Part shown: one piece after another, positions 33,283 through 43,005 of the stretch
Numbering within the stretch: the stretch's first letter is position 1
Layout of the letters: each line of letters begins with the position of its first letter
From: a virus
Lineage: Duplodnaviria > Heunggongvirae > Uroviricota > Caudoviricetes
DNA: 52,958 nt
Strand: one strand, 5' to 3'
IMG/VR virus record: IMGVR_UViG_2541047912_000003
The notes under the pieces: model-generated
Databases searched by the model: none
Told to the model about the DNA's origin: nothing
Seen by the model: the letters and a program-made list of their open reading frames with translations, nothing else
Made by a program: the position numbers and the translations under genes

Positions 33283-33609
33283 TCAAGGACGTGACGGCGT
33301 AAAGATAAATTGTCTCTTCACTCCCTGACAGGGGCGATTCTTTTCAAATCGCCATTTCGCCATGGCCTTCACCACTTCATCACGAAACAAATTATGAGGC
33401 TCTGAGCGGAGAAAAACGATCCGTGTCACAGTCCCATCAGCACCAATATCGAACTTAACCTCAACCAGCCCCTTGATATAATTTGCTGCAGCATATTCCG
33501 GATATCGTGGATACACCGTCACTAATTGCCGGGGCTCATCAGCTTTTTGCTGCGAGCATCCCACTGCCAGGACAGATAACAGAAAAAGTAGTAAAAGGCG
33601 TCTTTTCAT
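33283..33609 (-). CDS. lipoprotein with TonB C-terminal-like domain
   Basis: Lipobox LAVGC after a hydrophobic signal (MKRRLLLLFLLSVLAVGCSQQ); C-terminal YPRYPEYAAANYIKGLVEVKFDIGADGTV resembles the TonB_C fold. Confidence 0.6.
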   Translation of the reverse strand: MKRRLLLLFLLSVLAVGCSQQKADEPRQLVTVYPRYPEYAAANYIKGLVEVKFDIGADGTVTRIVFLRSEPHNLFRDEVVKAMAKWRFEKNRPCQGVKRQFIFTPSRP

Positions 33610-34089
33610 TTTTATTCCTACGGGTCTTATTCTGACAATATATCCTGTGTTCCAGACTGCCACATCACCACATCCTGTGCCATTATCTGACTCACATTAC
33701 ATACATCGCATCGGGATACAGTAGTAGCACTTTCTGTAATACAGCTTCCTGTTTCTTCCACCATCGCACCGGGATAAACCCGCGAATCATTAACGCGGTA
33801 AAAACCCGGTGTGCATCGTTTTTAATTATTCCCGCACACTCACGCAGAAGGAATTCCCCGTCGGGCTACGGTCATGGTTAATGCGGGAATACGGCGACGA
33901 TACAGCGCAGCTAAAAGGGTAATGGACGGATAGACCGGTTTATTTCATTCCACAGGATTCTGAGTGTCCCCAACTTCCTCCAATAGTCTGAGCCCACCTG
34001 TGTAGTTTTAATTTTCATCAATCCATTTAACTATCGTTTAATTGTTGTCACATAGGATTCTGCCGTTTTTAACAATGCAGGATAATAAG

Positions 34090-34383
34090 ATGAAAAAAAT
34101 GTTGTTTTCTGCCGCTCTGGCAATGCTTATTACAGGATGTGCTCAACAGACGTTTACTGTTGGAAACAAACCTACAGCAGTAACACCAAAGGAAACCATC
34201 ACCCATCATTTCTTCGTTTCGGGAATTGGGCAGAAGAAAACTGTCGATGCAGCAAAAATTTGTGGTGGTGCAGAAAATGTTGTTAAAACAGAAACCCAGC
34301 AAACATTCGTAAATGGATTGCTCGGTTTTATTACTTTAGGCATTTATACTCCGCTGGAAGCGCGTGTGTATTGCTCACAATAA
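34090..34383 (+). CDS. bor: Bor lipoprotein (serum-resistance moron)
   Basis: 97 aa from MKKMLFSAALAMLITGCAQQTF matches lambda Bor; opposite strand to the lysis genes as in lambda. Confidence 0.9.
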   Translation: MKKMLFSAALAMLITGCAQQTFTVGNKPTAVTPKETITHHFFVSGIGQKKTVDAAKICGGAENVVKTETQQTFVNGLLGFITLGIYTPLEARVYCSQ

Positions 34384-34414
34384 TTGCATGAGTTGCCCAT
34401 CGATATGGGCAGCT

Positions 34415-34891
34415 CTATCTGCACTGCTCATTAATATACTTCTGGGTTCCTTCCAGTTGTTTTTGCATAGTGATCAGCCTCTCTCTGAGGGTGAAATAAT
34501 CCCGTTCAGCGGTGTCTGCCAGTCGGGGGGAGGCTGCATTATCCACGCCGGAGGCGGTGGTGGCTTCACGCACTGACTGACAGACTGCTTTGATGTGCAA
34601 CCGACGACGACCAGCGGCAACATCATCACGCAGAGCATCATTTTCAGCTTTCGCATCAGCTAACTCCTTCGTGTATTTTGCATCGAGCGCAGCAACATCA
34701 CGCTGACGCATCTGTATGTCAGTAATTGCCGCGTTCGCCAGCGTCAGTTCTCTGGCATTTTTGTCGCGCTGGGCTTTGTAGGTAATCGCGTTATCGCGGT
34801 AATGATTAACAGCCCAAGACAGGCAGACGATGATGCAGATAACCAGAGCGGAGATAATCGCGGCAACTCTTCTCACTGATCTATCCCCCAA
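34415..34891 (-). CDS. Rz: i-spanin Rz
   Basis: Matches lambda Rz ([38 protein letters not shown]...). Confidence 0.9.
   Translation of the reverse strand: MGDRSVRRVAAIISALVICIIVCLSWAVNHYRDNAITYKAQRDKNARELTLANAAITDIQMRQRDVAALDAKYTKELADAKAENDALRDDVAAGRRRLHIKAVCQSVREATTASGVDNAASPRLADTAERDYFTLRERLITMQKQLEGTQKYINEQCR
34474..34656 (-). CDS. Rz1: o-spanin Rz1 (embedded in the +1 frame of Rz)
   Basis: 60-aa lipoprotein with LVVVGC lipobox and [18 protein letters not shown] proline tract, as in lambda Rz1. Confidence 0.85.
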   Translation of the reverse strand: MRKLKMMLCVMMLPLVVVGCTSKQSVSQCVKPPPPPAWIMQPPPDWQTPLNGIISPSERG

Positions 34892-35406
34892 CAGGCTAAT
34901 GCGCTTTCCTGGTCACGACGAATAACCTGTCCGTAGCAGTTATTTGAACGTGTGCGGCAATCACGCCCACCGTCCTTAATCCACCAGCGAATCGACTCAC
35001 AGGCACCTTTACGATCACCGGCATTAAGCCGCTTATAAAACGTCGACGGGAAACACTTACCGGGGCCAATGTTATAGGGGCAAAATGACGCGATACCTGC
35101 TTTTTGTGGCTCGGTCAGTGGAACTTTTATATTACGCTCCACCCATGCCAGCGCCTTATCCCGCTCAATGGCGTTAACCTGGGCGCATTTTTCCTTCGAC
35201 AGTTTCATGCCCGGAATAACAGGTTTACCATCCACCACCGTGGCACCCCGGCAAATGGTCCATATGCCGGAACCATCGCGGTATGCCTTTGTGTGGTTAC
35301 CCTCTTTTTCGTCCAGAAACTGGTCAAGTATCTGAGGAGCAGACGCGCCTGCGGCAATCAGCGCCAGAACAGCAGCCGACAGGCCGTATCTGATTTTTAC
35401 GTTCAT
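34873..35406 (-). CDS. SAR endolysin (T4-lysozyme-like muramidase with N-terminal signal-anchor-release segment)
   Basis: N-terminal weakly hydrophobic Gly/Ala-rich segment ([21 protein letters not shown]) followed by [22 protein letters not shown] catalytic region; pairs with a pinholin. Confidence 0.85.
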   Translation of the reverse strand: MNVKIRYGLSAAVLALIAAGASAPQILDQFLDEKEGNHTKAYRDGSGIWTICRGATVVDGKPVIPGMKLSKEKCAQVNAIERDKALAWVERNIKVPLTEPQKAGIASFCPYNIGPGKCFPSTFYKRLNAGDRKGACESIRWWIKDGGRDCRTRSNNCYGQVIRRDQESALACWGIDQ

Positions 35407-35540
35407 GGATATTTATCAGGATTTATCGGTTTCTGAACCCTGGATATGTTAAGCATTCAGCCCGTCAGTGGTAGGACACTGGCGCTCTGGTTAAGGATTA
35501 TGGGGGATGCTGGCTGAGCTACCCCATCTGAGGATTTGAT

Positions 35541-35780
35541 ATGCAAAAAGAAGTTTTTATCAATATTACAGCTGACTGCTCATCTCCTGCATCAACAGCA
35601 AAAGAAATTGAAGCTCTTAAATATATGATTACAGTAATATTTTCCGTATTGGACCAGAATGAAAAAAATGGAATCATTCATCAATTAAATGAACATGTAA
35701 ATAATCCATATATCAAAAGCAATCTGGAAATGCTGCTACCAATGAAAGATATTGGAAAACCAACTGAAACAAAAGGCTAA
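35541..35780 (+). CDS. hypothetical AT-rich small protein (79 aa) inside the lysis cassette, opposite strand
   Basis: ORF with AT-rich composition; unusual location between holin and endolysin; no family recognised. Confidence 0.35.
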   Translation: MQKEVFINITADCSSPASTAKEIEALKYMITVIFSVLDQNEKNGIIHQLNEHVNNPYIKSNLEMLLPMKDIGKPTETKG

Positions 35781-36091
35781 CAACCAGTAATCGAGTTATC
35801 TGAACTGTTAATTTTTATGGTATACCGCGCCTCTGAACAGGGGCGCGTTTCTGGCAACAGCTCGTCCCCTTCACATAACCCGGCAGCAACATCCAGGAAG
35901 ACCTGTCTGATGCTCCTTCTGGCTGCAGCCTCATAAAACTCCAGCGCGGCACCTTCAACACGGTCCAGCGAGATGTCCAGGTCAAAAATTTCACCGTCAA
36001 AGCGTTTTTTGTCCCGTAACGCTAAAGTTACCGTAACTTTATTCTCAAAATTGCGGATCCCTTTCACAATCAGTTCATAGTTTTGAGTCAT
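35777..36091 (-). CDS. hypothetical protein (104 aa) between holin and endolysin
   Basis: ORF on the lysis-gene strand beginning 5 nt after the holin stop; no family recognised. Confidence 0.45.
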   Translation of the reverse strand: MTQNYELIVKGIRNFENKVTVTLALRDKKRFDGEIFDLDISLDRVEGAALEFYEAAARRSIRQVFLDVAAGLCEGDELLPETRPCSEARYTIKINSSDNSITGC

Positions 36092-36095
36092 TGAA

Positions 36096-36311
36096 TTACT
36101 CTCCCCGTGCAGCCTTACGCTTATCTTCTTTAATCTTGAAATAAAGGTTTGTCAGGTACGTCAGCAGGCCAAATACCAGGCTACCCAGCACACCTATTGC
36201 CGCCCACTGTGAGGGCGTGACTTTATCGAGCAACTGTAAAAACCAGTACCCGGCACTACCTGCTGAGGTACCATAGGCGACACCCGTTGTTAACTTATCC
36301 ATGGATTTCAT
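36096..36311 (-). CDS. class II holin (pinholin, S21-like)
   Basis: 71 aa, [29 protein letters not shown]...[36 protein letters not shown] matches the phage 21 S / DLP12 EssD type. Confidence 0.9.
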
Positions 36312-36440
36312 AACCCCACCTCGCAGACAAAGCGGGTGTAAATTAAGGGGATACTACGTATCGCAATAAAGGCAGAAACGTAACAGATTCGGAGTCAGTG
36401 AATAACTCAGGTATTGGGTTATCAGCTAATATCGAGACTC

Positions 36441-36473
36441 AAAAAATGGAAAAACCCGCTCGACGGCGGGTTT
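36441..36473 (-). terminator. intrinsic terminator upstream of the holin (tR'-like or read-through control point)
   Basis: Minus-strand hairpin CCCGCcgtcgaGCGGG followed by a T-run; about 130 nt upstream of the holin start. Confidence 0.5.
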
Positions 36474-36900
36474 AAGCTGTGTGACGAAGTAACCACTCTT
36501 AACAGCATAACCAATTTTTTACGTACGTAAACTACTAAATGATATTTGTGAGAATGCCACCGAGTGTTCAAAACACCACCACAAATACATAAGAAAACTT
36601 CAACAAATAACCAATGAATAATTTCCGATGTTATTTTTAGTTTGTTTAAATTAAGCTAAAGAATTATAGAGCGCTTATAAATAAGTGCCATTAATATAAA
36701 TTAGCTAATAGATTTATTTTCGTTCAAACAAGAGCCATGAATAGGATTAGATAGAAAAGGTTCAGATAAAAATAGAGATCTACTTCACAAATTAAATGAG
36801 AAACTAAAACTTAAATCTTGAAATAATCGCATTGATTAGATGAATATTTATCGCGCAGTGACATCATTTTTTAATAATAGTTCAAAAAAAAGGGCGTACA

Positions 36901-37983
36901 ATGAAAAAATTAACAGTGGCAATTTCTGCTGTAGCTGCATCAGTACTGATGGCGATGTCTGCTCAGGCAGCTGAAATTTATAATAAAGACAGTAACAAGC
37001 TGGATCTATACGGGAAAGTTAATGCCAAGCACTACTTCTCCTCTAATGATGCAGATGATGGTGATACTACTTATGCCCGTCTTGGCTTCAAAGGTGAAAC
37101 CCAAATCAACGATCAACTGACTGGTTTCGGTCAGTGGGAATATGAATTCAAAGGCAACCGTGCTGAATCTCAAGGTTCTTCCAAAGACAAAACCCGTCTT
37201 GCATTTGCAGGCCTGAAATTTGGTGATTACGGCTCAATCGATTACGGCCGTAACTACGGTGTAGCATACGACATCGGTGCGTGGACTGACGTCCTGCCAG
37301 AATTCGGTGGTGATACCTGGACCCAAACAGATGTGTTCATGACTGGTCGCACTACTGGTGTTGCAACTTATCGTAACAACGACTTCTTTGGTCTGGTCGA
37401 TGGCCTGAACTTTGCTGCTCAGTATCAGGGTAAAAATGACCGCACTGACGTAACTGAAGCCAATGGTGATGGTTTCGGTTTCTCCACTACTTATGAGTAT
37501 GAAGGATTCGGCGTGGGTGCAACCTATGCTAAATCAGATCGCACTGACGGTCAGGTCGCCTATGGTAAGAGCAAATTCAATGCCTCCGGCAAAAATGCGG
37601 AAGTATGGGCTGCAGGCCTGAAATATGATGCGAACAATATCTATCTGGCTACCACATATTCTGAAACTCAGAATATGACCGTTTTTGGTAATAACCATAT
37701 TGCAAACAAAGCACAAAACTTTGAAGCAGTAGCACAATATCAGTTTGACTTCGGTCTGCGACCATCTGTTGCTTACCTTCAGTCAAAAGGTAAAGACCTT
37801 GGTGTTCATGGTGACCGAGACTTAGTCAAGTATGTCGATGTCGGTGCTACTTACTACTTTAATAAAAACATGTCCACTTTTGTTGATTACAAAATCAACT
37901 TAATTGACGATAGTAAGTTTACCAAAACAGCTGGTATTGATACCGACGACATCGTCGCTGTAGGTCTGGTTTATCAGTTCTAA
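36901..37983 (+). CDS. outer-membrane porin (OmpC/NmpC/Lc family) lysogenic-conversion moron
   Basis: 360 aa, signal peptide [39 protein letters not shown] start and C-terminal VGLVYQF typical of enterobacterial general porins; sits between Q and the holin as nmpC/lc do. Confidence 0.9.
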   Translation: MKKLTVAISAVAASVLMAMSAQAAEIYNKDSNKLDLYGKVNAKHYFSSNDADDGDTTYARLGFKGETQINDQLTGFGQWEYEFKGNRAESQGSSKDKTRLAFAGLKFGDYGSIDYGRNYGVAYDIGAWTDVLPEFGGDTWTQTDVFMTGRTTGVATYRNNDFFGLVDGLNFAAQYQGKNDRTDVTEANGDGFGFSTTYEYEGFGVGATYAKSDRTDGQVAYGKSKFNASGKNAEVWAAGLKYDANNIYLATTYSETQNMTVFGNNHIANKAQNFEAVAQYQFDFGLRPSVAYLQSKGKDLGVHGDRDLVKYVDVGATYYFNKNMSTFVDYKINLIDDSKFTKTAGIDTDDIVAVGLVYQF

Positions 37984-38120
37984 TCTGACTTACGAAAAAG
38001 ATATGTTGCGGGAGGCTTTGCCTCCGCAACATATAAGTGGAGCCCTCAAGCCACTTCCTTTAGAAGCACTACCTTGCTTCTTACTATATAAACCTTCTGT
38101 TATATATTACCCTTTATTTT

Positions 38121-38146
38121 GGGGGCGTTTCCACGCCCCATTTTTA
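38121..38146 (+). terminator. intrinsic terminator downstream of the porin gene
   Basis: GGGGCGT-ttcc-ACGCCCC hairpin followed by ATTTTT. Confidence 0.55.
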
Positions 38147-38171
38147 ATAACTTTTAGTAAACAATTGCATA

Positions 38172-38570
38172 TCAATTAGAATTATTAGCAACGATATCCA
38201 TATCTAACCGGATATCTAATGCCATTAACATCCCTTCAATTATGCCCTCAGCCTTCTGTAACCTTTTCCCGATATAACCATCCGAGCAGCAATGCTTACT
38301 TGCCAGTGACATGAATGTCATACCACATACATAATAATCTACTAATAAATCGTGTAAATCGCTGTTGTTCTTTTTCAGACGGGCCATGCACCCGCAAATG
38401 ATCATCGCGTCATCGTCACAACATTGCGGGCGAGATTTTACTTTTGAAGGAATTAATCCCTTAAAACCGGCGGCAACGGACGACCAGGTCACATCTTCAT
38501 GATTATTAGCCGCCCACGCTCCCCAACGCTCAAGAACCATCTGAATATCACGCATCAACTTACTCCACAA
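38172..38570 (-). CDS. Q: late-gene antiterminator Q (small Q, phage 82/DLP12 QuuD type)
   Basis: [25 protein letters not shown]...[20 protein letters not shown]... matches QuuD-like antiterminators; located between rusA and the lysis cassette; start could be 38555. Confidence 0.85.
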   Translation of the reverse strand: MWSKLMRDIQMVLERWGAWAANNHEDVTWSSVAAGFKGLIPSKVKSRPQCCDDDAMIICGCMARLKKNNSDLHDLLVDYYVCGMTFMSLASKHCCSDGYIGKRLQKAEGIIEGMLMALDIRLDMDIVANNSN

Positions 38571-38640
38571 AAATCAGACCAGAACGCCAATTACAAGCAA
38601 AAATCAACAAAACAGTATTAGTTGATTGTTATCTCTGACT

Positions 38641-38763
38641 TCATACTCCTGCTCCTGTCAGGGTTTTGGCGTAATTCTTCAGTATTCGGTAATCGGTCAA
38701 AACAGAACCAGGAAAACGATATAAGCGCAGGCGCACCCAGCGGCGGCGAAGAAGTTCTGCCAT
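38641..38763 (-). CDS. ylcG: small ORF (40 aa) at the ylcG position between rusA and Q
   Basis: Below the ORF-track size cut-off; translated by hand; Arg-rich MAELLRRRWVRLRLYRFPGSVLTDYRILKNY resembles the DLP12 ylcG product as I recall it. Confidence 0.3.
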   Translation of the reverse strand: MAELLRRRWVRLRLYRFPGSVLTDYRILKNYAKTLTGAGV

Positions 38764-38777
38764 ATAAAACTCAAACA

Positions 38778-39140
38778 TCATTCATTCCCCATTTCGGTGA
38801 TGGTCAGTTCCAGCCTCCCACCTTTGGTAACAGGCATCTTCACAACGCGGTAATCAACGACCTGAGCATCATCCAGCCAGAAACCTGCTTTAGTGAGTGC
38901 GTCAAAAGCGGCTTTTTGCAGATTATCCAGGTCACGGCGACGGCGATCCGGCATGTGGCACTCAATGCGGATTTTCACAGGCATAGCCAGGCCGATATCC
39001 AGCATTGCGTTTTTAATGATTCGGGCGACGTTATCGCGGTATGCCTGCCCCTCTGCGCTGACGTGCGTGCGCCCGCGATTATGGCGGTAATAGCGATTAT
39101 TGCTCGGAGGCCAGGGTAATGTGATGCTGTAGGTATTCAC
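38778..39140 (-). CDS. rusA: Holliday junction resolvase RusA
   Basis: 120 aa, matches RusA (DLP12), including the catalytic Asp-rich region DRRRRDLDN. Confidence 0.9.
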   Translation of the reverse strand: MNTYSITLPWPPSNNRYYRHNRGRTHVSAEGQAYRDNVARIIKNAMLDIGLAMPVKIRIECHMPDRRRRDLDNLQKAAFDALTKAGFWLDDAQVVDYRVVKMPVTKGGRLELTITEMGNE

Positions 39141-39427
39141 GCCTTAATAACCCCCTCTTTCAGCCAGATAACCTGTGTTCTCGCCATACCTTCCAGCGCG
39201 CATTCTTTTGCATATGCAGCATCGACAAAATGTGTGCGGCGGTCGATTTCGTCGTGGCAGGCAGAACATGCAATGGTGGCAATCAGGTCTGGCGGTTTGG
39301 TACCGGTGCCGCACAATCCAGTCAGCCGGATATGTGCCAGTACAGACGTTTCAGGGTTGCCATTACATACGCCAGGGATTCTTACCTGGCATTCCCGACC
39401 ACGCGCTGCTTTTCTCAAATCAGCCAT
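39137..39427 (-). CDS. ybcO: YbcO-like nin-region protein (Cys-rich, putative nuclease)
   Basis: From [28 protein letters not shown] matches DLP12 YbcO; start overlaps the ninE stop. Confidence 0.8.
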   Translation of the reverse strand: MADLRKAARGRECQVRIPGVCNGNPETSVLAHIRLTGLCGTGTKPPDLIATIACSACHDEIDRRTHFVDAAYAKECALEGMARTQVIWLKEGVIKA

Positions 39428-39590
39428 GATTCCTCCTTGCTGCCAGTCGCAACCATTTTTTATCAACCAGGCTGGCGGTATATCCGAGCAGTGTTGGTAT
39501 TTCGGAAGGCTTCAGCTCAGGTTTACGCTTACGACGATTTGGTACTCTGTAAATGTGCCCGTTCATGACACGAATAAGCGGTGTAGCCAT
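39420..39590 (-). CDS. ninE: NinE-like small protein (56 aa)
   Basis: Not in the ORF track; hand translation [56 protein letters not shown]; TAATG overlap with ybcN stop and ATGGCTGA overlap with ybcO start. Confidence 0.6.
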   Translation of the reverse strand: MATPLIRVMNGHIYRVPNRRKRKPELKPSEIPTLLGYTASLVDKKWLRLAARRNHG

Positions 39591-40045
39591 TACGCCTCCT
39601 GCTTGTCGCGCAGCAGCTGGAACTCGCAGCTCGGCGGAATAGTCAGGTGGCAGCCAATATTCATCGCCCAGGCTTCAACCTTACACAGGAAGACATACAT
39701 CTCTCCGGTATCAAGATCGGAGGTATGGCGTAACGACTGAATAGTGGTGATTTCACCGGTTACGACATCAACCAGGTCTTTGGTTTCATAACCGAGGTAT
39801 GTGTGTTTGAGAGCATCTTTTACCCATGCTGCAGTAGCGAACGATTTCCCCCTGCTTATGAGGTATTCACTGATTTCGCTGTACCACATGTGGCTAAGTG
39901 CATTCTGGGAAAGACTGCGTCTCTCGCGCCACGGTTTAAGCACCATGCGAAAGCATTTGCCGTCCTCCAGATAAGGCTGGATCTGCTGACCGATAGCGGT
40001 GAAGTTACCGCGATGCAGTTTGATGCCATCTTGTGGTAGGTTCAC
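39590..40045 (-). CDS. ybcN: YbcN-like nin-region protein
   Basis: 151 aa, matches DLP12 YbcN. Confidence 0.8.
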   Translation of the reverse strand: MNLPQDGIKLHRGNFTAIGQQIQPYLEDGKCFRMVLKPWRERRSLSQNALSHMWYSEISEYLISRGKSFATAAWVKDALKHTYLGYETKDLVDVVTGEITTIQSLRHTSDLDTGEMYVFLCKVEAWAMNIGCHLTIPPSCEFQLLRDKQEA

Positions 40046-40234
40046 GCTTCACCTCCACAGAGGTCAGACGCTGGATGCAAAAAATCGCAGGTGCATTTCT
40101 GCATCTGTGAAGGGAGAAGAGAGTTTGGATTGTATGTGCGCATAAACGTCCCCGTTTAGCGCAGAAGTCACCGGAGTTGTTCAGGCTCCGATGACATGAT
40201 TATGGCGAGTTGATTAGTGAAAATCAAAGGCAGA

Positions 40235-40717
40235 TTAATTTAATAATCCTTGGAGAAATCTCACGCACCATCTCAATAGTTGCGCTTGCTCTTGAGAATC
40301 AACAAAAAGATAAGCGTCTTTATTCCCGTGGAAAAGGTTATTTCTTATCCTTATAACTATCTTTAATACTGTAGACATGGTGTTTAGATCTGTTGCTGCG
40401 TCATTTTGAAGCCCATTAACTATTCCCCGCTTATCTCTCTCTCGACCGAAACAGAGGGCGTCAAGTCTTTCCTGCGCATCCCCGTTCAAAATGTATCTCT
40501 GCTTAAAATCGTGAAAAAGTTCGTTGGGCACCTTTATCCCGGCGTCAAGTAACGTTCGAGCATAATTTAAACTGTCTTCCCCCTTAGCAAAGCCACCAAA
40601 AAAACTTTGCTCGACCCTAGGAAAAATCATGCTGAATTGAAGATAAACATCAATCAGTTCATCAGATGGAGGCTCCGATAAATTAAGTAACCGCTGCAGT
40701 CCTTCTGCACTTATCAT
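40235..40717 (-). CDS. hypothetical protein (160 aa) with C-terminal Rx4H (HEPN-like) motif; nin-region insert
   Basis: [12 protein letters not shown] motif fits the HEPN Rx4-6H signature; not part of the lambda or DLP12 nin sets I recognise. Confidence 0.5.
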   Translation of the reverse strand: MISAEGLQRLLNLSEPPSDELIDVYLQFSMIFPRVEQSFFGGFAKGEDSLNYARTLLDAGIKVPNELFHDFKQRYILNGDAQERLDALCFGRERDKRGIVNGLQNDAATDLNTMSTVLKIVIRIRNNLFHGNKDAYLFVDSQEQAQLLRWCVRFLQGLLN

Positions 40718-40972
40718 TTTTCACCTTCCTGCTTAAGATGTCGAGGGGCGGATGCCTTGGGCAGAGCGATGTCTGCTCGCGGTAATGTCGTGGCCGCCCC
40801 AAAAAATAGCCCCGCAAATGCTCAGGCTGCTCACGCATCACCGCTTCGGCAATAACCGGTATATTAAGGCGCTCTTTGTAGGCCACTCAGGAGACAGCAA
40901 GGTCAACGTTAACCTTCTCGCGCTCTTCTTGTGTTTTAGCGGCAATATTCCGCTTCGACATGGCGTTACGTT

Positions 40973-41725
40973 TTACTCCTTTTTGGGTGCATACACGTTG
41001 TTTATCCGTTCAATATGAATAGTTACATCCGGGCTTTCTAAGAATAAGAAGTCAATCAAATGACCAATGAGAATGCAGGCATCATTAATAGAGGACCTTG
41101 TGACTTTAATCCCTCCATGACTGCCGTGATTCCCCAACCACTTTAACGCCATGAATGCATCTTTATTTGGTCCCAGTTTATCTGAATAATTTGTGATTCT
41201 TTCATGCGTAGAAAGACGTATTATCTTGCCTTTAACTGTTTTCTCTCTTGGTACATCAAGACTATCAAGCATCATCTCCAGTATGGTTCTCATGGTGTTC
41301 ACCGCTGAAGCTGGGTGCGAGGGGATCAGAGCTGATACTTCCGCCAAGAGATCAGCTATATCTTCAGGGCACTTTTCAGGAAACAGGAATAGAGGAAGTG
41401 GTGGATAGAAATACTTAGGACGGAAACCAGAAACATACCAACGCTCCGTCATTTCGTCATTGAAGCATTCTACAGCAACAACCTGCCCAGACAAAGCAAC
41501 CTTCTCCTGGCAGGCTTGGCGGGTACAGCGCAGCACGCAACTGAATACTCCTCCCGACATTTCCTCATCAAACCATACTTCATCTCTAAACTGAGTTGTT
41601 GCGCTTGAATCAGTTTCTACAAAACTATCAGCGACAATCTCCAGTGTTTCATTCATACAGTTCGGGCAGCGCCAAGCTGGTGCGTCATTTCGTTTAAACG
41701 TGGCATACAGTAATTTAGGATCCAT
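40973..41725 (-). CDS. hypothetical protein (250 aa) with N-terminal Cys4 zinc-ribbon-like motif; nin-region insert
   Basis: WRCPNCMNE...CVLRCTRQAC Cys pairs at the N-terminus; C-terminal LKWLGNHGSHGG; no lambda counterpart. Confidence 0.5.
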   Translation of the reverse strand: MDPKLLYATFKRNDAPAWRCPNCMNETLEIVADSFVETDSSATTQFRDEVWFDEEMSGGVFSCVLRCTRQACQEKVALSGQVVAVECFNDEMTERWYVSGFRPKYFYPPLPLFLFPEKCPEDIADLLAEVSALIPSHPASAVNTMRTILEMMLDSLDVPREKTVKGKIIRLSTHERITNYSDKLGPNKDAFMALKWLGNHGSHGGIKVTRSSINDACILIGHLIDFLFLESPDVTIHIERINNVYAPKKE

Positions 41726-42013
41726 GTTTTTTTCTCCGTGCTTAACGTTTTTGGTTGCGTTAACACTCTATAGGATTTTGCAGCCTTTACTAGTTCATAC
41801 CCAACCGGTCTTAGTAGGCATATTGAATTACAATCAGCTAATTAAGTTCCTCTACATCGAGGGTATAGTCGCATCAGCAACACGGAACTCGCGCTCAAAT
41901 TCTGCAAGATCCTGCTCAAGTGCAACGTAGTCTTCGCAACACAACCATGACGCCCTCAGCACTCTCTACCACATCGCAATGGCACGAATACCCACACACT
42001 CATAACGTTTCGC

Positions 42014-42307
42014 TCATACCCCTACCCTCCCCCAAAACATCAATACCCGTTTCATCACGGCACTCTGGCGACACTCCTTGAAAATCAGGTTCGTGCTCAC
42101 CTTTCCTTCCCGCTCCTCCCTGGTAGCGAACCGGTAATACACCGTTCGCCAGACCTTGCCATCAATAACTAGAATTCTGGCCCGTGCCATTTTGGCTGCT
42201 ACCTGATTGATGCTGGTTACTGTTGCGCCTGTTACCGCAGCAACGTCCTGCACACAGAAGCTCTTATGCGTTCCCAGGTAATGAATAATTGCTTCTTTTC
42301 CCGTCAT
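42014..42307 (-). CDS. ren: Ren exclusion protein
   Basis: 97 aa, MTGKEAIIHYLGTHKSFCVQDVAAVTGATVTSINQ matches lambda Ren. Confidence 0.9.
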   Translation of the reverse strand: MTGKEAIIHYLGTHKSFCVQDVAAVTGATVTSINQVAAKMARARILVIDGKVWRTVYYRFATREEREGKVSTNLIFKECRQSAVMKRVLMFWGRVGV

Positions 42308-43005
42308 ACACTGGCTCCTTTCAGTCCGAACTTAGCTTTAATTTCTGCGATCTTCGCCAGAGCCTGTGCACGATTTAGAGGTCTACCGCCCATGACAGGA
42401 AGTTGTTTTACTGGTTCAGGTATAGCCTCACCACGGTTAATTCGCGCTGTCATACAGGTCAGTTCATCAGCAGCCTTGCGCCGTAATTCCGCGTCAGTCA
42501 GCGCATTGGCTCGCATGTTCTGGTACAGGTTGGTAACCAGCCAGTAGTGCGCGTTCGATTTCCATGGATAAGACTCTGCGTCCGGATACAGGCCACGCTT
42601 CCGGCAATACTCGTAAACCATATCAACCAGCTCGCTGGCGTTTGGCAGCCCGGCGGTAACGGATGCTTCTTCCCGGCACCAGGCAACAAACTGCCCGGGT
42701 GATGGCAGGAATGGTCGATTCTGCCGACGGGCTACGCGCATTCCTGCGTTAACCTGTTCCATTGTGGTGATCCCGTTTTCCCGGAAAGCCAGCACCCACT
42801 GGCGGCGGATTTCGTTCAGTTCGTTCTGGTCCCGGTTAGCCAGGCTCGCTGGGAAAGTTGCCAGTAACTGGCTGAACACACCATTGATGATCTGCGCTAC
42901 CTGTTGTACCTGCGGCTTTTCGTCGTACTGTTCCGGCATGTTGTTGGCGATCCGACGCATCTGCTCACGGTCAAAGTTAACCATCTGTGCGGCGATGTTT
43001 TTCAT
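42304..43005 (-). CDS. P: replication protein P (helicase loader)
   Basis: 233 aa, matches lambda gpP. Confidence 0.95.
   Translation of the reverse strand: MKNIAAQMVNFDREQMRRIANNMPEQYDEKPQVQQVAQIINGVFSQLLATFPASLANRDQNELNEIRRQWVLAFRENGITTMEQVNAGMRVARRQNRPFLPSPGQFVAWCREEASVTAGLPNASELVDMVYEYCRKRGLYPDAESYPWKSNAHYWLVTNLYQNMRANALTDAELRRKAADELTCMTARINRGEAIPEPVKQLPVMGGRPLNRAQALAKIAEIKAKFGLKGASV

Noticed and set aside
38622-39119. 165-aa plus-strand ORF
   Set aside because: Antisense to rusA and to the ylcG-like small ORF; no supporting signals.
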